Origin: a virus
Lineage: Duplodnaviria > Caudoviricetes
Reading direction: 5' to 3' (one strand)
IMG/VR virus record: IMGVR_UViG_3300028388_002422
Coordinates: 1-55,089 of that record
DNA length: 55,089 nt
The notes below the pieces were generated by a model, which ran no database searches, was not told the origin of the DNA, and saw only the letters and a program-made list of their open reading frames with translations. The position numbers and the translations under genes are program-made. Every line of letters starts with the position of its first letter. Within the stretch, counting starts at the first letter, position 1. Positions 18,188 through 26,317 of this stretch are shown piece by piece.

Positions 18188-18217
18188 TTGTACTTTTAAT
18201 TTTTTCCGGCCTATAAT
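18188..18217 (+). promoter_or_regulatory. Promoter P5
   Basis: TTGTAC-N18-TATAAT followed by the hairpin AACAGTTG/CAACTGTT. Confidence 0.8.
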
Positions 18218-18274
18218 TTATTTAACAGTTGAGCAAAACAACTGTTGTGGACAACCTAACTAATGGAGCTCAAA

Positions 18275-18853
18275 ATGAGTGAAGCACTTGAAACCATGAC
18301 CGAAGAAACTGAAGTTGAAGCTGCGCCTGTCAAAGAAGACGAGCTGCTGCCTACCTTCCAGGCCTGGATTGACGAAGGTATAGAGGAAGACGAGATTATC
18401 ATGAAGCTCCACAAGGAGCATAATTTGTCGCTTCCTTCTGCTGTGTCTCGCTTCCGTAAGCTGAAAAGTCAAGCTGGCCTGACTTCGCCTCGTGGCCACA
18501 AGTCGGAAGATGTCCAAGCGTTTATCCAAGAGCGTGTTGACGCTGGTGACGAGCGTGCTGTTATCATTGAAGCAATGGTGGAGAAGTTTGGTTACACCAA
18601 AAACTCCGCCGCTTCTACTTTCAGCACGCAAGGCAAAAAGCTTGGTCTCACCGGTGAAGGCGGCGCAAGCGTGCGTGTTCCGATGGAAAAGACTGTTGCT
18701 TTTTTGCGTGCTAACAAAGACCTCAAGAAGCAAGAGCTGGTTGCAAAAATGTCAGAAGAATTGGGCTATGCTCAGTCGACCTGCGGCGCGTTCTATACGT
18801 ACATTCCGATGGCCGAAGAATGGGCCAAGCAGGAACTGGCAGCTGCTGAATAA
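18275..18853 (+). CDS. Helical-repeat protein, paralog 3 of 3 (three repeats), possibly DNA-binding
   Basis: Three ~55-aa units; ends TVAFLRAN...YTYIPMAEEWAKQE; GGAG RBS. Confidence 0.85.
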   Translation: MSEALETMTEETEVEAAPVKEDELLPTFQAWIDEGIEEDEIIMKLHKEHNLSLPSAVSRFRKLKSQAGLTSPRGHKSEDVQAFIQERVDAGDERAVIIEAMVEKFGYTKNSAASTFSTQGKKLGLTGEGGASVRVPMEKTVAFLRANKDLKKQELVAKMSEELGYAQSTCGAFYTYIPMAEEWAKQELAAAE

Positions 18854-18867
18854 GTAGCATTTGAAAT

Positions 18868-18928
18868 TACTCTTGCCCCTTCTATTAAAACATAGTTACC
18901 TCCTGGCTATGTAGAAGGGGCGAGAGTA
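18868..18928 (+). ncRNA. Long intergenic hairpin with ACCTCCT loop
   Basis: 17-bp stem TACTCTTGCCCCTTCTA/TAGAAGGGGCGAGAGTA plus CATAGTT/GGCTATG. Confidence 0.6.
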
Positions 18929-18945
18929 TCTAATTGGAGAAGCTT

Positions 18946-19638
18946 GTGGCTTTGAAGATTCAATCAACCCGTGATACAGCTACGTCGCAATACATTAATG
19001 CGATTATTTATGGCCAAGCGGGTATCGGTAAAACTGTACTTTGTAGTACAGCTCCTCACCCAATTATACTTTCTGCCGAAGATGGTCTATTGTCACTTGC
19101 TGGCAAAGATATTGACTTCGTTAAAATCACATGCTTCCAAGATCTCATTGAGGCTTATAATGAGCTAAAGAAAGGTGAGCATGATTATCAAACGGTTTGC
19201 ATTGATTCTTTATCAGAAGTAGCAGAGACAATTCTCGCAGAACGTAAGAAAAACGAACGTGATCCACGTCGTGCTTATGGCGACATGGCAGAAGAAATTA
19301 TTGCTGCGGTTCGTAAATTCAAACGTCTTCCTATGCACACCTTCTTTATTGCAAAGCAAGGGCGTATTGAAGATGCTTTCACTGGTAAGCAAAGCTTTGG
19401 GCCATCTTTTCCTGGCCAAGTATTGCAGGCTAATCTACCCTACCAAGTCGATTTACTTTTTCCCATGCGTTTAGGCAAGCATGAAGGTAAAGAGTATCGT
19501 TATATCCAAACTGCGCCTGATATTCAATATGAGGCGAAAGATAGATCTGGAATCTTTGATGCAAAAGAGAAGCCAGATTTAGGCGTCATGATCGAAAAAC
19601 TTCGCAATCATGTCCAAACTACTCAAACAGGAAATTAA
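18946..19638 (+). CDS. Sak4-like AAA ssDNA-annealing protein/recombinase
   Basis: IIYGQAGIGKT, TVCIDSLSE, AKDRSG; upstream of SSB. Confidence 0.85.
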   Translation: MALKIQSTRDTATSQYINAIIYGQAGIGKTVLCSTAPHPIILSAEDGLLSLAGKDIDFVKITCFQDLIEAYNELKKGEHDYQTVCIDSLSEVAETILAERKKNERDPRRAYGDMAEEIIAAVRKFKRLPMHTFFIAKQGRIEDAFTGKQSFGPSFPGQVLQANLPYQVDLLFPMRLGKHEGKEYRYIQTAPDIQYEAKDRSGIFDAKEKPDLGVMIEKLRNHVQTTQTGN

Positions 19639-19641
19639 AAC

Positions 19642-20085
19642 ATGGCACTACTTGATAAAACGTTTGTAACTGATGACGAGGCTGATGCCAACCTTGATCC
19701 TATTCCGGCTGGTACAGTTGCAACTGTAATCATCAAAGATTCAGAAATCAAAACAACTCGCGCTGGAACCGGTGAGTATATCAAAATTACAATGGAAGTG
19801 GCGGAACCCGAGGAATACGCCGGTCGGCTTGTTTGGCACAACTTCAATGTTGTAAACCCAAACGAGAAAGCTGTACAAATTGGTCGTGGCCAACTAAAGC
19901 GGCTAAATCAAATTCTCGGTATTAAAGAATTGCAGGATACTGCTGAGCTGCATGGGCAACCATTTAAAGTCTCTCTTGGAATCCAAAAGAGCGAAGGTTA
20001 TGATCCGCAGAATACCGTCAAAAAGTTTCTGCCACTGACAACTGAAGAATCTTCTGCCGAGAGTGACGATCCTTGGGATAGTTAA
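19642..20085 (+). CDS. ssb: Single-stranded DNA-binding protein (DUF669)
   Basis: PIPAG...GRLVWHNFN...AVQIGRGQL; acidic tail ending DDPW. Confidence 0.85.
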   Translation: MALLDKTFVTDDEADANLDPIPAGTVATVIIKDSEIKTTRAGTGEYIKITMEVAEPEEYAGRLVWHNFNVVNPNEKAVQIGRGQLKRLNQILGIKELQDTAELHGQPFKVSLGIQKSEGYDPQNTVKKFLPLTTEESSAESDDPWDS

Positions 20086-20387
20086 GGAAGTGATGCAATG
20101 TAAACAGTCAAGATGACTGCATTTCACGAGTGAGCTAAGGTGGTTCCTTAAAGCTGGACGTAAGCGGGAATAACAGTGTCAAAGCCTTTGCTGCCCGGCC
20201 ACCATCTAATATTATGCGATTACAAAAATACATTGCAACTGTAATAATTTTGACTCGCTAATGCAGGCCAATTTAGATTTGATAAAAGAAAATCAAAGAT
20301 TGTTTACTGCCTTGGTTCAAATCAGTTGTCTTAATAAAGACCACATAAAGCTTATTATAGAAATAGCAGAGAATGCAATTAAGAATA

Positions 20388-20570
20388 ATGCCAAGTAATC
20401 CACAAATGATGCTACTTTCACCACAGTATGAAGAAGAATATGTAAGACGTTATGGCAAGCAACCAAAATTTATACCAGTTGATTTTGTATCAAATCATTT
20501 TTTACCCCGTGGTATAGAAGTACGTCGCAATTATAGTCGAGTATGGATTAAAAATGCCAAATCTAAGTGA
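20388..20570 (+). CDS. Hypothetical protein
   Basis: Short ORF overlapping the exonuclease start. Confidence 0.45.
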   Translation: MPSNPQMMLLSPQYEEEYVRRYGKQPKFIPVDFVSNHFLPRGIEVRRNYSRVWIKNAKSK

Positions 20571-21366
20571 TGTTGCCTTAGGCATCAAAATTGCAATGAA
20601 TGCGGGAACTATCACAGAGTTTCCGCGTCCTTATTTGGGAATGAGCCAACTCGGCAATCCTTGCGCGAGGCGCTTGTGGATGTACTTTCGTTGGGCTGCG
20701 CAAACCAAATATAAAAAGAAAAGTAGACGTATATTTGAACGCGGTGATATTGAAGAGCAACGTGTACTACAATATTGGCGTGAAATAGGAATAAAAATTG
20801 AAGATACTCAACGCACGTTAATTGGTTGTGATGGGCACCTTAAAGGACATACTGATGGTGTGCTACGAAATATACCTGGCATAGAAGATGTACCGATGGT
20901 CGGTGAAATAAAAAGTATGGCTCATAAATATTTTGTGCCACTAACTAAAAAAGGTTTAAAAGCGTCTAAACCTGAATATTATTCACAAGCCCAAATTTAC
21001 ATGCACTATGAAGGCCTGAAACATTGTTTACATCATACTACAAATAAAAATGACGAAGATTTCTACATTGAAATAATTGAATACGATAAAGATCATGCTG
21101 AAGACCTCGACAACAAAGCACGAGATATTATCTTTTCCGCTATGCCGCCTCGAAAAATATCAGAAGACCCTACCTACTGGATGTGTCAATGGTGTGATTT
21201 TTACGGGCCCTGCCAGCTTAACGATAACTTTCTGCGAACCTGTAGAACCTGTCAGCACTCAACACCTGCGCCTGGTGGTAAATGGGAATGTTCCGAGCAT
21301 AGTAAAGAGTTAACGATTGACGAGCAAAAAGCAGCTTGTACAAAATATGACTGTCTTAAAGTATGA
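20554..21366 (+). CDS. PD-(D/E)XK Cas4-like exonuclease
   Basis: YLGMSQLGNPCARRLW, GHTDG, GEIKS, YYSQAQIYM, C-terminal Cys clusters. Confidence 0.85.
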   Translation: MPNLSDVALGIKIAMNAGTITEFPRPYLGMSQLGNPCARRLWMYFRWAAQTKYKKKSRRIFERGDIEEQRVLQYWREIGIKIEDTQRTLIGCDGHLKGHTDGVLRNIPGIEDVPMVGEIKSMAHKYFVPLTKKGLKASKPEYYSQAQIYMHYEGLKHCLHHTTNKNDEDFYIEIIEYDKDHAEDLDNKARDIIFSAMPPRKISEDPTYWMCQWCDFYGPCQLNDNFLRTCRTCQHSTPAPGGKWECSEHSKELTIDEQKAACTKYDCLKV

Positions 21367-23084
21367 TCTTTGAACCTTTCTTTTACCAGGAAGAAGCCGT
21401 AAAAGCATTCTTCCGCTTTATTGGTAATAAACCGAATAAAGGAAAGAATCCACTTATTGTCGCACCGACAGGTTCAGGCAAGAGTCACATATTAGCTTTA
21501 ATTTGTGCTCGCATTATTGAAAAGTGGCCACATACTAATATAGTTATCCTTTCGCATACGCGAGATATACTAGTTCAAGACTACGAAAAACTCGTAGCGT
21601 ATCTTAGCGATGAGTCGTTGGTCGGTTTGTACAGTGCCGGCTTAAAACAACGAGATAAGCGCCAAATAACAGTAGCAGGAATACAATCTGTATACAAGAT
21701 GAAGTCATTATTCTCTGACACTAATCTTGTAATTGTTGATGAAGCGCATATGATTCCTCCAACTGGAGAAGGTCGCTATCGCACATTTCTTGCTAATAAC
21801 TCGCCGCAGTTTGTTTTAGGTTTAACTGCGACGCCCTATCGTTTAGGTACAGGTATGCTCACAGATGAAGGGCATATATTTGATCGTATCATTTATGATA
21901 TAGATATACGTAAATTAATTGATGAAGGTTTTTTGTCTAAATTAAAGTCGAAGCAACCTGACGCACGCATGGATACAAAAGGTATAAAGGTTGTTGCTGG
22001 TGATTATTCAGCTAAATCTCTGGCAGAAAAATTTGACAGAACTAATATTTCTGATCGCATCTGCGAAGAATTGTCTTACTATAAAGATAAGCGTAAACAT
22101 TGGCTAGTATTTGCAATTGATATTGATCACGCCGAGCATATAGCAGATAAATTAAATGAGTACGGTATTACAGCAGTTAGCGTACATAGTCGTCAAGATA
22201 ATTCTATTAATACTTCATTACTTCGCCTATATAAGGCAGGTCAAATCCAAGCTCTGGTAAATGTTGAAAAATACACAACTGGTTTTGATTTTCCTGGCAT
22301 TGATTTAATTGCAATGTTACGACCAACTAAATCACCTGTTTTACATGTACAAACTATAGGACGTGGGTTACGTGTTAATTATAATACTTCTGCTGTTGAC
22401 AATTTTGATATACACAATCGTAAGCATCGTATGTTGGCTATCGAACAATCAGATAAGCGCGATTGTCTAATCCTTGATTTCGCCGGAAATATCGAACGGC
22501 TTGGACCAATCGACAAAGTCGAAATTATTAAAAGAAAAGGCAAAGGTGGTGGAACTGCGCCCACAAAAACATGTCCAGACTGTTCAGAAATAGTTCCATT
22601 ACATATAATGGCCTGCCCTGATTGTGGGTATGAATGGCCAAAGATTGAAAAACTTGAATTACAAGCAACAAGTGCGTCAGTATTAAGTGAACCAAAAGCG
22701 CCAAAAACATATAATGTAAAACATGTTTACTATATAAAGCATAATAAAATTGGTGCAAGGCCCACGCTTAAAGTAACTTACGCTTGTGGTATAATGGATT
22801 CATTTAATGAATGGATTCATTTTGAAAATCCAAGACTGCGGAGTCATGCTCACCACTGGTGGAAATTCCGTGCTGGTACAGCTGCGCCGTCTACAGTAGA
22901 CGAGGCGTTAGAAAGAATTAACGAATTATCAACACCTGCCCAAGTAGAGGTAGATTTTAATGAGCGATGGCCAAAGATCAAGCGATACCACTTTAGGTAC
23001 GATAAACGGCTTGAAAACGTTAGACGCAGTCTTTCGTCGCCAAGCGGAATACCAAAGGGTGAAGAAGTATCCAATGGGACATGA
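21363..23084 (+). CDS. Superfamily 2 DEAH helicase (YejH/RadD-like)
   Basis: PTGSGKS, IVDEAH, GLTATP, TTGFD, QTIGRGLR, CPDC x2. Confidence 0.92.
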   Translation: MIFEPFFYQEEAVKAFFRFIGNKPNKGKNPLIVAPTGSGKSHILALICARIIEKWPHTNIVILSHTRDILVQDYEKLVAYLSDESLVGLYSAGLKQRDKRQITVAGIQSVYKMKSLFSDTNLVIVDEAHMIPPTGEGRYRTFLANNSPQFVLGLTATPYRLGTGMLTDEGHIFDRIIYDIDIRKLIDEGFLSKLKSKQPDARMDTKGIKVVAGDYSAKSLAEKFDRTNISDRICEELSYYKDKRKHWLVFAIDIDHAEHIADKLNEYGITAVSVHSRQDNSINTSLLRLYKAGQIQALVNVEKYTTGFDFPGIDLIAMLRPTKSPVLHVQTIGRGLRVNYNTSAVDNFDIHNRKHRMLAIEQSDKRDCLILDFAGNIERLGPIDKVEIIKRKGKGGGTAPTKTCPDCSEIVPLHIMACPDCGYEWPKIEKLELQATSASVLSEPKAPKTYNVKHVYYIKHNKIGARPTLKVTYACGIMDSFNEWIHFENPRLRSHAHHWWKFRAGTAAPSTVDEALERINELSTPAQVEVDFNERWPKIKRYHFRYDKRLENVRRSLSSPSGIPKGEEVSNGT

Positions 23085-23331
23085 TGCAGGCGAAGCAATT
23101 CGTAATAATTGTCTTGCTTTAATTGTAGAAGCAACAGAGGTGCTAAATGAAACACACTGGAAGCCGTGGAAGAAATATGACAACCCACCTAATCTTGATT
23201 TATTGCAAGAAGAAATCGCCGATTGTTTGGCCTTCATTTTTAATTTAGCATTTGAAGCGGGATTAGACGCGCAAGATTTAGCAAAAATATTGTATGATAA
23301 GCAAGATAAGAATATGGAGAGATTTCCATGA
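23011..23331 (+). CDS. MazG-fold dimeric dUTPase/dCTPase-like NTP pyrophosphatase
   Basis: VEATEVL, WKPWKK, EEIADCLAF; start uncertain (TTG 23011 or ATG 23074). Confidence 0.8.
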   Translation: MKTLDAVFRRQAEYQRVKKYPMGHDAGEAIRNNCLALIVEATEVLNETHWKPWKKYDNPPNLDLLQEEIADCLAFIFNLAFEAGLDAQDLAKILYDKQDKNMERFP

Positions 23332-23822
23332 GCGGATGTAAAAATGATTCAGACAAACCAATTGCTGGCACGGTACTGCAGGATTTTGGTAATGCGCTTA
23401 CAGCCGTATCAGTTGTTGGCACATTTGGTGCAAAAAAATATGCAAAAAGTAATTGGCTTAAAGTAGAAAGTGGCATCGAACGTTATACCGATGCAATGGC
23501 TCGTCATTTTTTAATTGAAGCTTATCAAACATACGACCCAGAATCAAATATTATTCATGCAGCGCACACGGCATGGAACGCTCTTGCACGTCTTGAATTG
23601 ATGCTGCGAGCCGGTGATAACATAATGGATATGGGTGACAAATATTATGAGCAAGCCAAAAACGACTTCCTCCAGGGTGTTGGACGACGAGAAGGAACAA
23701 ATACTCGCGGACAAGTTCCTTCGACAGTGCATCACTCACATCAGCCAGGCGTCAGAGACCCAGAAGAAGATTTTGATGAGGACATTATTATCACGACCTC
23801 CGGAAGCCCAACAAACACTTGA
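23328..23822 (+). CDS. dATP/dGTP diphosphohydrolase N-terminal domain protein (DUF5664)
   Basis: KNDSDKP...FGAKKY...NW...RYTDAMARH...DPES...HAAH.AWNAL. Confidence 0.85.
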   Translation: MSGCKNDSDKPIAGTVLQDFGNALTAVSVVGTFGAKKYAKSNWLKVESGIERYTDAMARHFLIEAYQTYDPESNIIHAAHTAWNALARLELMLRAGDNIMDMGDKYYEQAKNDFLQGVGRREGTNTRGQVPSTVHHSHQPGVRDPEEDFDEDIIITTSGSPTNT

Positions 23823-23943
23823 GGCAGCTTATTCTATTTGGAATGGTTTAAATCAAGCTGAGATAATGAAATTGCTTGGAATAGTTCAGAAGCAATTTGA
23901 TCAAGAAACATGGGAGTTTATATCTAGATGGCGAACGAAATAG
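23647..23943 (+). CDS. Hypothetical protein overlapping the DUF5664 C-terminus
   Basis: Alternate-frame ORF bridging to the next gene. Confidence 0.5.
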   Translation: MSKPKTTSSRVLDDEKEQILADKFLRQCITHISQASETQKKILMRTLLSRPPEAQQTLEAAYSIWNGLNQAEIMKLLGIVQKQFDQETWEFISRWRTK

Positions 23944-24632
23944 CTGAAATTGATAACCTTGTAACATCAGAAGATAGTTATGAAGAAATAAAACGAGTTG
24001 GTATTTTATATCAGAAAAAGACTGTTGAATCTATTCTTGCCTTTGCTCGTGTTGTATTTACATTGAAACAAAAATGTGATAAAGATGAAGACAAAGATTT
24101 TAGCCAAGCGGCAAACGAATTCTTTGGCCTCTCTCAATCCGGCGCAAGTCAGTTTGCAAAGACGGGACAGAATGCAGAAAAACTTGTTGCATATGCCCAA
24201 AGTTTACCGCCAAGCTCACGTACATTATATGAGCTCACGCAGCTATCCTTAACTGATCTTGATAAGCACATTAATACAGGTGATATCAATCCTAATAGTA
24301 CAGTCAATGATATCAAAGCGATCAAAGACACAATTAAAGACACAAAGAAAGCAAAAAAAGGAAAATCTGATGATGTCAATCCTTTCAACGTGGAAGCTGA
24401 GGACGAAGATGGAAATCCTATTGATGCAGAGTTGGTGGACGATGAGACAGGCGGAGAAGAAAATACTAAAGCACCAAAAAAATCAAAAGATAATAAAAAA
24501 ATGTCAATAGTGGAAGCACTTGCTATTTTTGATATTGACATGAATATGTTATATATGGAGCATCTGCAAAAAGGTAAGGATAAAGAAGTACTAGATAAAG
24601 CTTTCTTCATTATTACAGGTGAAAAGCTGTGA
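23928..24632 (+). CDS. Hypothetical protein, DUF3102-like N-terminus
   Basis: FFGLSQSGASQF...LPPSSRTLYEL; acidic/Lys-rich linker; GGGAG RBS. Confidence 0.6.
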   Translation: MANEIAEIDNLVTSEDSYEEIKRVGILYQKKTVESILAFARVVFTLKQKCDKDEDKDFSQAANEFFGLSQSGASQFAKTGQNAEKLVAYAQSLPPSSRTLYELTQLSLTDLDKHINTGDINPNSTVNDIKAIKDTIKDTKKAKKGKSDDVNPFNVEAEDEDGNPIDAELVDDETGGEENTKAPKKSKDNKKMSIVEALAIFDIDMNMLYMEHLQKGKDKEVLDKAFFIITGEKL

Positions 24633-25438
24633 TTAATTATCAAGCACTACTCACGGATGTATATCTGCGGGGGGAAGATCGGCCAAGTCGCACTGGGATT
24701 GGTACAAGGAGTTTGTTTGGAACTCGTCTTAGTTTTAATCTTGAAGAAGGTTTTCCAGCTGTAACAATTAAAAAATTATATTTTAAATCCGTAGCAGCGG
24801 AATTAGCAGGTTTCCTTGAAGGCACAGAAAGTGCTGCTCGCATGCGCGAATTGGGAACTAAGATTTGGGACGCAAATGCAAACGCAAAAACATGGCAAAA
24901 TAACCCTGCTTGTCGCGGGCCTGATGATATGGGTGTCGTTTATGGCAGTCTCTGGCGCAGCTTTCATGGTGTTGACCAGCTTGACAGATTGGTTAGAACA
25001 CTTATTGAAAATCCCTACGACAGAAGACAAATTGTTACTGCTTGGGACCCCAGTGAGTCTCGTCAGTGCTTACCTCCTTGTCATATATTCTGGCAAACCT
25101 ATCTTAGGGAAGGTCACCTTCTTGATCTCCAGTTCTATATGCGCTCTGTTGATCTATTCTTGGGCTTGCCGTTTGACATCGCATCCTATGCTTTGCTCAT
25201 GCACATAATTGCACAGCAAGTTGATTTGGGCGTTGGTCGGCTTACAATTATTATGGGTGATACTCATATTTATCACAGCCATTTTGAACAAGTAGAACTT
25301 GTTCTTTGGCGTAAACCGTATAAACTACCGCGGCTGGATCTGTGTGAAAGCGCTTCCATTGATAATTTCCATCCAGATATGGCACGTCTTGTGGACTATG
25401 AACATCATCCTGCGGTGGAGGCACCCATGGCCGTGTAA
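24629..25438 (+). CDS. thyA: Thymidylate synthase-family enzyme with Asn-to-Asp change (possible dCMP methyltransferase)
   Basis: SRTGIGT, LPPCH, RSVDLFLGLPFDIASY, GDTHIY. Confidence 0.9.
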   Translation: MINYQALLTDVYLRGEDRPSRTGIGTRSLFGTRLSFNLEEGFPAVTIKKLYFKSVAAELAGFLEGTESAARMRELGTKIWDANANAKTWQNNPACRGPDDMGVVYGSLWRSFHGVDQLDRLVRTLIENPYDRRQIVTAWDPSESRQCLPPCHIFWQTYLREGHLLDLQFYMRSVDLFLGLPFDIASYALLMHIIAQQVDLGVGRLTIIMGDTHIYHSHFEQVELVLWRKPYKLPRLDLCESASIDNFHPDMARLVDYEHHPAVEAPMAV

Positions 25439-25690
25439 ATGTTCACTGAACTATTAAAAGCAAAACGTAAATGGTATGGCAAAGAAGGTAATTATCCTAC
25501 TGCTATTAAAATGACAAAAAGGGCTTATAAAGAACTAGATGAAGAGGCTAAAGTTTTAAAAATTGGCATTAATCAATCTTATACAGGATACAGTGTTAAC
25601 GGAATGCGTATTTTTATTGACGATAAACAAAAAGAATTGTTTATTTTTGGTTATCATTATAAAGATAAATTTGAGCTACAGGTGTTTTAA
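25439..25690 (+). CDS. Hypothetical protein
   Basis: Abuts both neighbours. Confidence 0.55.
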   Translation: MFTELLKAKRKWYGKEGNYPTAIKMTKRAYKELDEEAKVLKIGINQSYTGYSVNGMRIFIDDKQKELFIFGYHYKDKFELQVF

Positions 25691-25872
25691 TGAAATTCAA
25701 AGTAGGTGACAGAGTAGTTAAAGTAACAGGCGATTATTCAATAATTGGTACTATTATCGCGGCGTTTAAAACATTATGTGGTAACGAACGTTACGTACTA
25801 GAAGCCGAAGTTCCGCCAGGTCTTTTACATATTTACGGACCAAATAATTTGGAACCTTACCGTGAGACCTAA
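25690..25872 (+). CDS. Small SH3-like hypothetical protein
   Basis: MKFKVGDRVVK...RYVLE...PGLLHIY. Confidence 0.65.
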   Translation: MKFKVGDRVVKVTGDYSIIGTIIAAFKTLCGNERYVLEAEVPPGLLHIYGPNNLEPYRET

Positions 25873-26317
25873 TATACATCAGTATTATATAGACATGGCG
25901 TTTATTGCTGCGTCTCGCGCCGGATGCCCTAAGCGTAAAGTCGGTGCAATAATAACTGATAAAAATAATCGTGTATTAAGCATAGGTTATAATTCGCCTC
26001 CACGGAATCTACCAACTTGTTTTGAAGTTCCTTGCGGCGCAGGAATAGACGACAATCCTTGTATCGCAGCACACGCAGAGATCGCAGCTTTAACTGCGTG
26101 CCGCTCAATACAAGAAGCACATAATATTTATATTACATGTAGTCCCTGTGTTGATTGCACTAAAGCTGTCATGACTACACCAATACAAAATTTATATTTT
26201 GCAGAGTTTCACAAAACGTGGAGCAGGTCTAAACTTATATGGACAGGCCATTGGGAGCTAACACCATATTATGAAATTCCTAACACAAATGAAGTCATGC
26301 GACGTCGTGACGGTTGA
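25862..26317 (+). CDS. dCMP deaminase family protein
   Basis: CPKRKVGAII, IGYN, HAEIAAL, SPCVDC. Confidence 0.9.
   Translation: MRPNIHQYYIDMAFIAASRAGCPKRKVGAIITDKNNRVLSIGYNSPPRNLPTCFEVPCGAGIDDNPCIAAHAEIAALTACRSIQEAHNIYITCSPCVDCTKAVMTTPIQNLYFAEFHKTWSRSKLIWTGHWELTPYYEIPNTNEVMRRRDG

Noticed and set aside
20139-20205. Second tRNA (ends in CCACCA)
   Set aside because: No T-loop GTTC, D-arm or anticodon arm; kept only as a generic structured-RNA candidate.
20554-21366. CRISPR-associated Cas4 or CRISPR array
   Set aside because: It is a standalone phage exonuclease in a Sak4-SSB-helicase context; no regularly spaced repeats were seen.
23328-23822. 2-aminoadenine (dZ) or 7-deazaguanine DNA pathway suggested by DUF5664
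   Set aside because: No PurZ, DpdA or Que/FolE-like genes are recognisable in the window.
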